Shown here piece by piece: positions 49,601 through 62,904 of a stretch of 64,000 bases of DNA (the stretch's first letter is position 1; each line of letters starts with the position of its first letter). The notes under the pieces are model-generated. The model did not search any database. It had not been told where the DNA came from and worked only from the letters and a program-made list of their open reading frames with translations. The stretch spans positions 14,012,001-14,076,000 of the forward strand of contig OZ004608.1 of NCBI GenBank assembly GCA_963924565.1, read 5' to 3'. Made by a program: the position numbers and the translations under genes. The DNA is from Ascidiella aspersa. Lineage: Eukaryota.

Positions 49601-52600
49601 GCGACTTGGGAACCAGCTCCGGAACGCGAACCTTGTCCAACATACGGAAGGCCAAGGACGTGGTCGTCTCCTACGAAGGAAAGTAACAGTTTAGTGTTTA
49701 AGATAGATACATAACCTTTTTTCCTATATTGGAATAGGAGTTCCGCACGCGACACAGATTGTTTGAATCGATTGTACGTCTGCGGTGTACTTGGCATATT
49801 AGGGAAGTGGCTCTCAACGTTTTTTGACTTACGGCACATTCAAATATAGTTTGCGACCATCCTATTAGCATTTTCGTTAAATGCTGAACTGAAAAGTTAC
49901 AGTCATCAAATCTGGAACAACTTACATCATTTCTTCACATAGGAAAAAGCAATTAGATTTCGTATACGGTAATCGCACACAAACATTAAAAATATCTCTA
50001 AATATCTCTCGGCACCGAGGACCATTCGAAATGGCACCCCAGGGCACACCTACATAGAAGCCACTGTATTTGGGTTATAGAAATATAACTGTGATGTATT
50101 TTTGTTGCGCTTACTATTAAAACGGGCAGCTTTAAACGGACATTAATAAAGTTTTTATACACATAAATTGTGGAGTACAGTATATCAAGTGTAATGCGCA
50201 CATCGCGACCGACGTCTATTATGTCGGCTGTGATTGTTTAGTAGCACTCATAAACTCATTATTTATATTGAATATAGACATAAAAACTTAATAGAAACAG
50301 CAAAGTAGGAAAAATGTTGTTCAACAGAAGTAGCACGACCCTTTCTCGTCTTTCTCTAAATTCTGGAAAATCTTGCAACGTTTCTTTACCTTTATGAACT
50401 CGCTGAGCGAAACGGTACACTGGTATCTGGTCTGCAGCTTGCACAAGAGCTGAAGTCGCGACACAAGAAGCTGCAGCTTGGACACTTGCTCGTTCTTGTT
50501 CTTGTGCACGAGGTAGGTGGCCGACATTTCTTCCCTGATAGTTGGACAAGTTTAAAACCGGAAAGAAGTGCAATAATTTGGATAGATTTGTAATCAACGG
50601 GGGTGATTCTAGTCAACGGGGGTGATTCTAATCAACGGGGTGAAATATTAGGTAGCATTATTTTAACAAACTTTGATCGGGCATTAGTTTATAGGGACAT
50701 TGTTCAAAACAGCTCAATGTTAAAATAACAACGTTTTTTTGGGCGTATAGTCGAACATCTTGAATGGCAGTAATCACCAAAAAAGGTCAATGGCGATATT
50801 TTTTATAACGAACCGTATGGAACCAGTCGAGGAAAGCTGCCTCTGAACTTGAAAGAACACATTGGCGAGTTTGAGTCCGTTCTCGGGCCACTCGTCGGGG
50901 AAGATCTCCTCCAGCGTCTCACTGCGTTCATGAAGCCACGACGCCAGAGTCTGCGGGGGAAAAATCCGTCGTGTTAGTGGTACGGGCCGATGCCGGGCCG
51001 GAAAAGGGGGGCCGGAAAAGCCGCAACCACAGTCGGGGTTATTTTTAAATGACTCCACAGACCTGAAAAGATCTACTACTGGTGCCAACATGTCTCCTAG
51101 TGCAGTGTATGAGAAGGCCGTTTATGTGATTTACGTATAAGCATTTAGAGATAAGACTATACGAATAGTGAATTAGTACTCACAAATAGCGTTTAACGAA
51201 ATACATAAGTTTGCACAAAAAGACCCAAAGAAATTGCCAATGACTATATATTAAAAGTGAGTCTCATAGCACCCCTAGATTACGTGACGAAACTAGACAC
51301 AAAGTTGGGTCATAGGATTGTCCAGCGTAAATTTAGATTACTTATAGTTGCTTTATATGCGATACCTTTATAACTTTACTAATTCGGACGAAACAGAACC
51401 CTGAAATAATTAAGGGCTAAGAAAAATAGGTAAAATTCGAAAATTTGTACCCGAGTTCAACAAATGTTATATTGAAACCAATAGACAGCCTGTTTGAAAC
51501 ACTTAATCCACTGGTTCTCAACCTTTTATGGCTTGCGGCACCCCTCAGAAACAACAAATGGATTGCGGCACCCCTACACGATTTTTCGTAAGTAAATCAA
51601 TAGAATGTCATAATAAACAGAACTGGAACAACACACATCAACTCTACACAACGTTGGAAGTTATAATTGAATTTATTCAACTCTAATATTTTACAAGGAG
51701 TTGAGCAAAAATCAGATTGTTCAATATTCTTAAATATCTCTCGGCAACCTTGAGCATTAGAAATGGCACCCCTGACTTAATCGGTTCGATTGTATGATAG
51801 TTTTTCAGTTAATTTCGCGAAACTCACTTCAACAGAGTTTGGTAGCGACGAAGACAGTATCGAAGGAATGACGTCCTCCAACCAACTAACGAGCGAGTCG
51901 GTGGCGACATCTTGCGGAATGAGTTTGAGCAGTTTCTGGAGACTTTCCTCGCCTCCCTGTTTCAGATAGCTGAACAAGTCGGCCTGGAGAATAAGCAATG
52001 ACGTTAAAAGTAGTAAGAATATCAAAGCCAATAAAGAAGTAGGTATCATTTTGAACTTTTCGAATAACTCTTTATTTATTTAAAGTGTCTTCTCACGATG
52101 TTGAAAATGAATTAAGAGTTATTCGAAACATTCAAAATGATACCCACTTCTGTATGGGCTTTGATATTCTTACAACAACATCCAACCATTATGCTCGAAA
52201 CTTTAAAACAAATTTGGCGATAAAACGTCAAACAAAAATACGACCTCATGAAATTTTCATTGGTGAACACTAAACATAGCTCGGTGCACTAAACGAAATG
52301 TTTGTCACGTACAATCATAAAGTCGTCAGATAGATAAAAAAAAGTGTGAATATCTCAGTAAATATATAAGGCAGATTCTAATTACACTACTTCTCAAACC
52401 AAACTTGTTTAAAATATGTCGTGTAGAATCACATGAAGAAAACAGCAGCTTTGTTGCAAACAATGTGATTTTCCAAGTGTTGTTAGACGTGCTTTTTCTA
52501 AGTTAAAAATCAGAAGAAAATCTAGTGTTTCATTACGATGCATTGGCAATATTCACCGCAACAAAATGTCAGATAAACCAAACAAATTGTGCTTCGTAAC

Positions 52601-55600
52601 AAATAACTGAAAAAAAAAGTTTGATTTGCATGCTGTTACTGTTAAGCGACATGTGGTGCCACAACCACCAAGGAAGGCGCAAAATACAAAACTGAACTTT
52701 GTAATTGGGTGACATCGTATTTTTAGTGGGTATGTATAATTAAGTATGTTGGTAACTTAAATGTTCTCAGTTTTAGTGACGATAAAACACAGTCTTCGCC
52801 GGATAAGAAGCATGGTACGGGTATGGTCATAGCTGAATAACTTTAAACACTCCAAAAAAATTAAAAAAAGTGTTGAATCGGCAGCGATCATACCTCGTGT
52901 CGAACACAGATGACCGACGCCGACTGCAAGTGTCCGGTGGCCAACAGACCCGCCACCTGCTCGGCCAGAGGTCGACTGCTGAAGGTCAACCACGTGGTGG
53001 CGTCGCTGCTCGAAAAGGCCATTTGGAAGGTGACCACCAGGTCGAGCAGTTTGTCGATCTAAAACGAAATATTTTTAAAGAACTTTGTTTTAAACGGTTA
53101 CCTTATTATCATGAAGTGCACTAACATCAGGATCTCTATACGCATAGAGGACTTTAACAAACTAGAAAAGTATTATTTACTTAACGCGGGCGTTATTGAG
53201 GTTTTTAAACTGGACTAAAGCCCAATGGAATCAAAGTGAGCATATTTTTTTCTAAAAAGATAGGAACCGAAATCCCTCTCTGACAGATAACTAAACCTTC
53301 AATCGAGGGGTTCCTAAATTTCAATGCGCTCTTAAAAAATTGTGACCCCTGTTACCGTTTCATTAAAATAGCCACGAAAAATTACAAAGAAAAAGAGAAC
53401 CCTGCGGTCTTACACAAAGCCTTGTTTGCTCCGGTCACGATTCTGTTAGCAAAAAGAACAACTTACAAGAGCATCTGGTCATACAAACTAAGACAAACAG
53501 TTCCACGCCGCGATAAAGTTCAGCTGCCAAAAGGCCAAGGATTTAAATCACAAAAATTTGGGGCTATTAATTGGTAATGGGTGGGGTTGGAAAATGGGTC
53601 AGGATTGAACTTATTATTAGGGGAGTTAGTGATGAACTTAGGGGTGGAGTTCGGGGTTAGGGAGTGTTATTTAGGCCCGATTTTGACCATTTGGGTCTTA
53701 TTCCGACGGGTTTAGGACTTATACCGATTAAGACGTTATTACAATATAGGTATTAGCCCTATTTTGGTCTTATTTCGAACTGTGTTTTATTACGAAGTTG
53801 GTGTTGTTCTTATCTCGGTCATATGGTTGAAGTCCACAAAAATTCCAAGACAAAAAAAAACAGAAACTATACTGGGCGCACCTCGAGCCGGAGATGCAGA
53901 TCTTGCTCGTGGCCAGGATGTGACGTCAGAGAAGCGCGAAAGGACCTTCCGCCGCTATCGATGTGCTCGCGGGCGAGGGTGAGCAGACGAAAGGTGAGCG
54001 TGATGTCGGGAAGCGAGACGCTGGTGCAGAGCTCACTCACGAACACCGAGTCCGACACCCTGAGCAAGAACGACACGTTAACAAAGTTTTTTTAATGCTT
54101 GCCGGAGACAATGTGTCCGACATTGAAACGAAACGCACAAGGCGAAATGTTTCTTGCAGGTAGCCATTGGGTTTTCAACACGTCCGACACCCTGAGCGGG
54201 AATGACACGTTAACAATGCTTTTTCCAACGTCTGGGGCAGACTTGTACAACTAGATCAGGGGTTCTCAACCTGGGGGCCATGAAATCAATTAAAAATAAT
54301 AAATAATAATGATATTGTATTTGTATTTATATCATTTTATCATTCTAACTACCGGTCACTGTATAAACCAGGTTTTTAAGTAAACTGATGTTTCCTTATT
54401 TTTTCAAAAGGTTTAAAACATAAGAGGGCAATTGATTTCTCAAAATTTTCAAAGGGGGCCACGGTGTAAAAAAGTTGGGAACCCCTGAACTAGATAATTC
54501 TAGTTTTCTAATCCATTGAATTGGAGCAAAAAGCGGCCAATTCTACTTTTAATCTAATTTGTGAATTGCCTGTGCGCTCTGATTCCAGTTCTAATCTAAT
54601 TCGGATTTTACTAAAAATGCAACTTTGTCCAACGGCATTTTTAGTCTCTTAGTCAAAACAAAGAATTTAAATTCAAACGCTGTGGTTGGAACGTAATTTT
54701 CACGGTCTGATAAGCTTATGCTATGCTAAAAGGCATCAAAATTAGCCCACATATATTTACCATTCACATTCTTACTAGAATACATATCGATTTAAACGAA
54801 ATTGATTGTGAATAATCAAATATAATTCTAGTTCAAATTCGTTTTTTTTAATAATTCGGTAATCATAGTTCCAATTTAATTTGAAAAACTGAAATGGTCT
54901 AATTTCAATTCTAATCTAATTTTAGTTGTCCAAGTCTTGTCTGGAGACAGTTTGTCCGACATTAAACCGAAAAGTACAAGGCGAAATTTTTGTTGTACAT
55001 AGCGATTGAGTTTCTTAAGATATTTAGGAAAATTGGTTTTCGCCTATCAAACTGTTTTTCGTGGTTTCGACCTTAAAAACATTAATGGAAAATTTACTAT
55101 TTATTTCGTATTGCTCAACAAGCTTTAAAGTTTTGCAGCAAAGTTTTAATTTTTTAGAGAATTCCTCTGTTAAAATATTTCGTAAATTTCGCTGTAATGT
55201 GTAATACAAAAACAAGCCATTAGTTCTAGTTTGTAATATTTAGACTATTTTTAAAGTTACAGACAAAATATTCACGATGTAACTAAAATGTTTTTGATAT
55301 AACTGTATGATTACTTCAAACAAGGAGCGACAGATATATTGGTTCATACTAGGAGCAAACGACTGAGAGCAAGTTGAATTGACAGCATTGCCTTCTATCG
55401 GCAATTTGCAAACGCTATTGGTCTCTTACTTGTTTGCGCAATCGCAAAACGCCTCAAAAATGCTGTTCAGTTTCGCTTGGTCGGTCAAGTTCTCCATCGA
55501 GTGAAGCAAGAAGGAAGCCTGTAGAAGAAAAGTATCAAACAGAATATCGTTTTCCACGTTTCACAACTACAGAAATAACAGGTAATGAATAGAAAAAATG

Positions 55601-58600
55601 TGAAACCATGTTTTTAAAAACGCGGTCCACATAAATTTACATTGATCAATTGCAGTGTTTTTACATCGTTTTCTATAACATAAGTATTATATTTTTGTCG
55701 CTGGTAGCTTTACGGCCTGCACCGAAATTTGTGATTCGAAAAACATCTTTCCGCTTTTACGGTGAGAAAAGATATTATTAACAACAAGTAAGAAGAAGTT
55801 ATGCTAATTTAGAGCACTTTGAAAAAACACCCGCCTGTTGTTTGTAAATTGGCTGAGGGTCCAGGCTGTACTTTTTGGCGAACTGCAACGCTTCGGCGAA
55901 CTTGTGCTGCTGCAAGAGTATCAACAGCCTGCTGTCGGGCGACGCTTGGCTGATGCACTTTACATTTACTCTCATGTCCATTTCTTCCTCGCTAAAGCAA
56001 GAAAAGGTGCATTGGGGTATTGCGTCAAAAACAAATAAACACAATAAAAGTGCACTGAGAAAATAAGTTTACTTTATGATGATTTAATGTTTTTTCGCAA
56101 AAAGATTTGTTTTTCTGAAAAAAGGTCCTACTACGTACGTTCCATGGCGTATTGTTTATTATCAACAGATTCACAAACCGCTAAAATGGCCTTGTTTAAA
56201 TTATCTCTCAAAACGGTTTTATAAAGGTACTTTAAATAAACTATATGTTTAGATACGGCCCAGAGAAAGAATTACTATCGTACAGCAAGGCCGTTACAAA
56301 ACCAAAAAGGCTGGACGTTTTAAACAATAGACAACGGCGAAATGTTTGGGTTGAGTGCAAAAAATGTGTGACTTGCATTTCATTTACCTTCGCAGTGGCC
56401 CTTCAGTCCATACAACGTCGTTCACAGCGCAAGGTGCTGCGCAGAATGTAGCAGTTTCATCAACCGTTTCACTGAACACCTTACAAATAAATAAAAAATA
56501 TTTGTAACACTCGTTAACAAACTATTATGCGAGAGCGAAATAAATAGCACTGACCTTTTCCATTTCGGGTATCTTGAAAACCACAACACTCTGCACCGGC
56601 GAATTTGGTTCTTTTACCATAGCGTAAACTCTTGCAAGACTTGGACTAAAATTTGTTTCACAGTTAAATTAAAACCTCTAAATCAGGGATGTCCAGCCTT
56701 CTAGCAGAATGGGCCGCATTGCCACTTTAAAAATTTCGATAAATCCCGTTAAATTAAAGGGGTGACGTCATAAGTTGCGTTATAAAACAACTTTAATTAT
56801 AAACACCCGCTCTTCCAGATAGAACCGCAAATACGCAAGAATTAACCCCGGGAAAGCGAAGTTCTAATCGCGCGAAACGCGAAAAATTGGTTTTACATGC
56901 TGTATCATGCTATGGTACGACACCATTTATTTCCTTAAAACCGTCCGCAAAAACACACATTAAAAAAAAACGTTAGATTCGGTTATAGTCTTAGACAATA
57001 TATTAAATTAGGTCTACATCCAATACAAGTCGGAGCAAAATGTTTATATTTCTAAGTACTTATAAGTTATAGCCAAAAAGACAAAGAAAATGTACACAAT
57101 TTTCATAGAAATGCCATTATAACAAACCTGGCTTGGTTGAAGGGCGAGCAAGGCATCCTTACTGTAATATCGTGGAGTTGATGGCTGTGACACCATTTTA
57201 GAAGTAGTAAATTGTTTGCCTCGAATTGATACAGGTGGCCCTAAAATATAGCTATCTTACGTATTTGAAAAGTTGTATTACTTTTAAGGTGGTGGAATGA
57301 CAATTAGTGAGACTTCAGTTTTGCCAGGAGCTATTATTTTAGATATACATATGCACGTGATAAAACGTTGCAGCTAATTAACTATTATATAGTCTTTGAA
57401 TGGACCAAAATCCAGGATTTTTGGTAATCAGAAAAATAATATACTTTTATGTAACTGAGCCAAGGAATTGACGCGAATACTGTGAACTAGCGCAAGCATT
57501 TGCTTCATGTTTTTAGCCCTTTTTATGTATAGTTGTATCTATTAGCCTTTTTAACTTGTTAGAAACGACAAACCAGCAAAATATTGGCTTAATAACTCTT
57601 TCCAAGGAATATGGATTATTTTATAGAACAAATGTTTATACCTCATTACTCATACAGTAAACTGCATTGAATGCGACACAAATTTTGCTGAAGCCGAGAA
57701 AAGACGAATTTTGTGCTCCAGGAAGCCTCGACATGAAGCTCCTTGTTACAGTTATTGCGGGAGAATATTCTTTGGGTGCTTTCTCGAATGCAAAGAGAGA
57801 CTTGCCTGATGTCCAACTAACAAGCACGTCGTTGCCAAAACCCTTAAAACATAGAAGATGTTGATTTGCTTATTCTGTTGTTGAAGTCAGAAAAAAAGTT
57901 TAAACCGAGTGCACAAAATAAATTTTAGTATTAGCGCAAAATTCGGGAAACGCACTTTTTCAACTAAAGTGCGCAAGCAAAAAAAAAAGTATGTTTTTCA
58001 CCAATTCCGTTTTTCACCAATTATCTCCAGTTATCTCCTGGAACCCCCACGACCACTATTTTATAAGGATAAATAACTGTAATACCTTCAGTGCCCCATT
58101 TTGACTTTATTAAATTTTAAAAAAGTAACCAAATTACTTTTATTTATTTTTTTTGTTTACGTACGACCAAAAATGCCCATCTTAGTTTTGTTCCAGTAAC
58201 GTACGACCCAAAAACGAAATACATGTATATATACAAAAAAGCAATGTTGTGTGTTATGTCTGAAAGGAATAGACTAAATGAGCACCCTGAATGTATCTGT
58301 GAACACAGAAGACATAAGCAATAAATATGTGGCCTTTTAATCACTACTCGTGTTGTGCCATCCCTGTTTAAGTTTTTCAAAGTCACGTGTTATTACTTAT
58401 AGGTTCAAAAAAATGATTATTGCAATTTAACATGTAAGTAACTAAATTGCAATGTTTTTTTGAAGTTTTTTTGAAGGCTCTAGCACGCGAAACTTGACTA
58501 ATCACGTCATGCATCTTTAACGAAATGAAAACAATTGACATATATCAGCAATGCATAACGTAAAATCTTAAAGATACGCCCCAGTGTGGTGTTCGACTTG

Positions 58601-61284
58601 CGTAATGTGCGAACCTGGTTAAACACACTGTACGAAGCCATTACGCTTATAATTAAATCACTATTTTCCATTATGTTATACTATCTTAGAGTAAGTTTTA
58701 TTGAGTCTTGTTTGCTTACCGGTAAGCCGCGTTTTATAACGGCCGCAAACGCAATAGAACCCGTGACCATTTAAAAGTGAAAACTGCTTTGACTATTGGG
58801 TGGCTTTAGCGCACTACTTTTGGAAAGTCCGTCACCCAACTCAAACAAACAAGGAAAATGGCATCTCAACCGAGCTACTTTGGCAATAGTCCAAATAGAA
58901 AGAGAGTAATTTTTTCAGTCTGGAATAAAATGATAAAATGACTCAATTTAAGAGTATTGCAAGGCCTCTTGCTTGAGGCGCGATGATACTTTCACGCTCT
59001 CTTAGTCTCTAGTGCACATTTCTCCGTCTCTTGCTATTGCTATGCAAACCTCCGCCGTCCGGCGAACAAACCAAGCCAAATATATTTATAAAATATTTTT
59101 GGGTGTTGGAAAGAACCTTTCAAAAATATATATATATATTTTTTATTCCTTGCAACGTTTATAGAATTTGCCAGACAGGTAAAAACCCATAATTTTCATG
59201 TCGCCAAAGGAATGCCTAAATCTAAACAGTTATTATAAGGGTTAGAAAGCGGTGGTTCCGATAGATCTGGCGCAAGCCTTGATCAATGTAAGAAACATAA
59301 AGACCAAAATAAAAAGCCCGCAGTCGATTTGGGCACTTTTTACATTTGGTAATTTGATCACTTTGCCCCCTAAATTTTCACTTTGCGCAAATTTTTACTG
59401 CGTATGTGGTAAAATTGTGAGGGAACACTGATGAGAACTAACTCTAGGGTACTTTTCAATTTCGAATGGACGTTTGAAACACACTAAACTACCATTTAAA
59501 TTGCATAACATGATGATGATGGTTTACATGGCAAGATATTCCGGAATTTAAAAAAATATACAATAACGTTTTATAAGCAAACTAAAAAAGGCATCTGTTG
59601 TTTTTTAGGTAACTATAATTAAAAACATGCACTATAAAAAAAGGCAATACTTACAGATGTGAAAAAGCCTTGTCCAAATGCAAGATGATAAGCAACTAGT
59701 GATGAAAGTTGGTCATGATGTGAATGGAAATCAAACACACTGTGGCTGATTTTACTTTTGGTTGCACTTTTCACCTCAAGTCCTTCTGTAAAAACGAGTC
59801 TATTAATGCAGTTTAAAACACTAATTAAATTTACTTTATGTAAAAAACAGATATCTTACTGTCAAAATATAAATTTTATCTCACCATGTGTAAGTACATC
59901 AAGGTTAATGTTGCTAAAGACATGTGCATTTCCGCAATGCAGACCAGCAGCAATACAATAACAACCTAAAAAAATTGTTTCAAGTGAAACATAATTTGGA
60001 CAGTTTAAGCAAAGTAATATTAACATCAAACAAGTATGCTCTATTATGATAAGTATTTCATAAAATATCCAGGAGAATGACACCACCATACAATAAGTTT
60101 ACTGGTAAAATATGTACATATTTATTTGTCATAATTGTTCTACAAACAATGAAGAAATATGTTATATAAACACATTCCTAACTTTTTGATATTTCGAGTT
60201 GTTTATCGTTTTATAAGGTAAAGTGTCTGTACTACTGCAGACATCTGCACTTAAAACTTGCAGTGACAAAACCTTAGAAATCGAATTCATAAATTTAATA
60301 TTCTTAATCAATACAAAAGATTTTATGCCAGGATCCACAATATATTTTATGATACATTTATTACCCACATTTTATTAAGGCCTCAAAGTTAAATTCAAAT
60401 AACTTGCAAATTTAGGAGGATTACTTTGTTGTATAATTTGAAAAAAACTTACCATTGCCTATCGCAAAAATATTCAAACATGAAAAACATTCACTCATTG
60501 AAGTTACTGGTTTAATGTTGACAACCTCTTTAGAGAAAATCAATTTGGCAGAAGCACTGGCAACTATGTGAATGAAACCAACTGAGTCGCCAAGGACAAG
60601 GTAGTTTCCGTCATCACTCCATGCAATACAATCTACCATGCAGTCTTCAATACAAAATTTTAGTATATAAATAACAAGCACAAATTGATTTAAATAGGGT
60701 TTATATAGAATAGACTATAGTATCTTAAATGCCGTACTTAGGCAAACATCCCATTAACTTTTTTGCCCAAAAACTATACTAAAAAGTACCATTTTTAATA
60801 GTTGTAACATTAACCAACATAAAACAAATAATTAGAACCCACCAAGTTGTGCAGTTTCTTTGCATGTTGAACCATTATCAGACAATAAAAATAAAGAGTT
60901 GTTGATGATAAGAGCTACATTCGACTTCAATGACTGTGCTGATACAATTTGCTTGGGAAGAATCTGACAATTTAAGGTAAATGGACAATGTTGAATAAAA
61001 TTAACATACAATTGTTACGGTTTCTAATAAATTTCACAACTGCAAACAGAGAATTAACATTTTTAACCTTTGTAAAAACATGAAATTATTCTCAACAAAT
61101 CTTACTTAAATGAGCCAGTTCGTTTAAACCTGAAAATCATTATTACAAATTCATGTAGTTAAAATATAGTACCAATTTTAACAGACAAACATTATCACAA
61201 ACCATTTAACTTTTCACGACACTTACAGTTGTGACATCATATGATAGAGATTGAAGATCTTCAACATCGTAAAGCGCTGACATG
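25625..61284 (-). CDS. KNTC1: Kinetochore-associated protein 1 (Rod, RZZ complex), more than 40 exons
   Basis: Exon peptides match recalled KNTC1: MSALYDVEDL (61284-61227), VDCIAWSDDGNYLVLGDSVGFIHIV (60644-60453), SPDSRLLILLQQHKFAEALQFAKKYSLDPQPIYK (about 55990-55835), PELVPKSLETTLRPYMKEHKLNEDQTLLQYIE (about 49670-49527), FLMKCPVLLRIDISGVAQHFKALDLQALALGCMLISP (27672-27555 plus 26605-26479). Last exon is IKDFLRRLNS* at 25657-25625. The true start codon may lie in a further short upstream exon at about 61.3-61.6 kb. Confidence 0.93.
25815..26416. mobile_element. Inverted-repeat (MITE-like) element in the last KNTC1 intron
   Basis: atgatatttctgggcccacgagcccgaaaatg near the left end; its imperfect reverse complement cattttcggaatcaggggccctaaagtatcat near the right end. 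Confidence 0.5.
26992..27210 (-). mobile_element. Old diverged fragment of the tRNA-mimic repeat family
   Basis: gatctggcccttcagaagtcg, accaacgataacg and aacaactagcctg...gaacttacgac match the reverse complement of the unit. Confidence 0.65.
28194..28514. repeat. 36-bp minisatellite x about 9 in a KNTC1 intron
   Basis: cgataagttRtaaRgaggctggtacWWttacaatat repeated head-to-tail with no spacers. Confidence 0.95.
36455..36732. mobile_element. hAT MITE (related copies at about 51510-51775 and about 49975-50050)
   Basis: cagtgtttctcagcc...ggttaagaacaactt ends, gcggcaccc subterminal motifs, and internal sequence shared with 51510-51775. Confidence 0.7.
39445..39965. repeat. Degenerate about 40-bp AT-rich minisatellite (about 13 units) next to a KNTC1 splice acceptor
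   Basis: Recurring atatcattataggcaaggttcttaacttaaaaaa(a)cttaa units. Confidence 0.85.
41137..41178 (-). ncRNA. Minimal type I hammerhead ribozyme motif (Penelope-like element type)
   Basis: Minus strand reads ACC-CTGACGA-A-GGCGACC-cgcata-GGTTGCC-GAAAC-GTT-GGT. This gives an intact CUGANGA/GAAA core, a 7-bp stem II and a palindromic minimal stem III. It sits within the inverted repeat 41098-41253. Confidence 0.8.
45028..45594. mobile_element. hAT MITE
   Basis: cagaggtgtccaac...gttggacacacctt termini with an imperfect TSD tcatagat/ccatagac. Confidence 0.65.
54238..54939. mobile_element. MITE (TIR cagacttgtacaacta...tagttgtccaagtct) carrying a nested hAT MITE
   Basis: Terminal inverted repeats with gtctgggg/gtctggag flanks. 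A related copy begins at about 31279. Confidence 0.65.
54257..54487. mobile_element. Nested hAT MITE
   Basis: TIR caggggttctcaac...gttgggaacccctg with a perfect 8-bp TSD aactagat. Confidence 0.9.
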
Positions 61285-62904
61285 CTAAAAACTCTTATCA
61301 GAAGTATATAGGGCGAAAACCGCCAAGTGATACTTAATCTTTAACACGACTTCCTACATTAGAATTTAGATCTTGATTAGACGTGTTTTTTGGCAAACGG
61401 GTTACTTTATACGAGCGTTGTTTTAGTAAACAAATACAAAAACGTCCCTAATTAAAAAGTAGCAAAATTTAGATTCAGTTTTACTATGCTTAAATAGCCA
61501 AAAAGTCCCGCCTGTTCTGCTCCGTCGGTTTTCAACTCAAGCGTCAGAACACCTTACAGAAATTCTTTTACTGCATTTTTCAACAAACAAACAAGGTTTT
61601 AAAAATTGAACAACCATTAATTTATTATAACGTAATGTTTATGTTACATTAGTTTGATTATTGTGAGATGTATACTTTTTCACCTTTCGATGTTGTCTCT
61701 TTTATTATTGACATTGTGGAAGAAAGACAAGATGCACTGAAGCAAAGCGAGTTATATAACTTTTTGCTTTGCGTTTTTCTGGACAACTTTACTACATCGA
61801 GCGCGCAAGATAAAATTATGGGTGCTATGGGAAAAAGCGTGATGTACCTTCTATCTGCTGTACAATGGTGTGAGCAGCAAAACTACTTTACTCTAAATAT
61901 CGTATGCTTGAGGGGTACTAGCAACGGTTTAATGTCGTTTTGTTACGCAGTAAATATGTAGCAAGTCAATATTTTGTTTTAATTAGGCCTCGCCTTGGCG
62001 CTTTATGTATATTCACAATTATTTCTTATTGTTCGTGAAATAATAAATCTATTTAGTGAATAAGGCATGGCAACACCGCAACTGGTTATTATCTGGCGTC
62101 AGAAAAATGCAACATATGAGGTTCGCATTTAGAAATGGGCAGTTCGTATATTTTAGTTTTGAATTAAAGTTAGCAGTCTGCTTTCGTTTAACTGCTATTA
62201 CATGCCGTTTTTTAGTAAAAAACGAAGAAATACGAAGCTGAAAAAGGTTGATGGTGCTTACATTTGGTTAGCTTGGGCACTTAAAGTACAAACAGTGAGT
62301 TACGTAAGTTTAAAAACATTGTTACACAAAGCAGGCGTTTGGCTTACGTAAGATCAAATATCGCGGTATTTGAACGAACCTTTATTACTGAATTTTTCCA
62401 GTGTTCTAGAGTAGTGTTTTCTAGATAGTGGATTTTAAACGAAGATTATCAGGCAAACAGAAAGAAATGATGTAAAATTGTTAAAAGCACATTTTGTTTT
62501 GTTTTTTTAATAAAAAATTAGAAAAACGAAAAGACATTAACAGTCAATTAAAAAATAGGGGAATGCATTTATATTAGTTTTTTTTTTTTGAACAATGACC
62601 AACATGTTTTGATTTTTAGTGCACTGTTGCTGCTATTTTAGTAACAAATAGATGGCATGTAGGTCTGTAATAATAATCCAACAACTTTTAAGACTATTGT
62701 TTTAGGTTTTTGTACCCCACATTAGTGTCAACAGTTGTACAAAATTTATGCATATAATTGTTATCTTATTTGTATTTTTTATGTTCTACTTGTTTTGGTA
62801 TTTTTTTGGTAAAAATAGCATTTTTGTTTGCAATTAGCATTTTACCCAATGATGTTTTTTTCTATTAGGCTTTTCTTGTATTAGATTGGCTTGAAATAGA
62901 AAAT

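Noticed and set aside
29342-54163. Many plus-strand ORFs (e.g. 29342, 32497, 34648, 37073, 46638, 52870, 53823)
   Set aside because: They are antisense shadows of GC-rich KNTC1 exons.
61668-61961. 97-aa ORF in the KNTC1/ABCG2 intergenic region
   Set aside because: No recognisable homology or splice support; consistent with a chance ORF.
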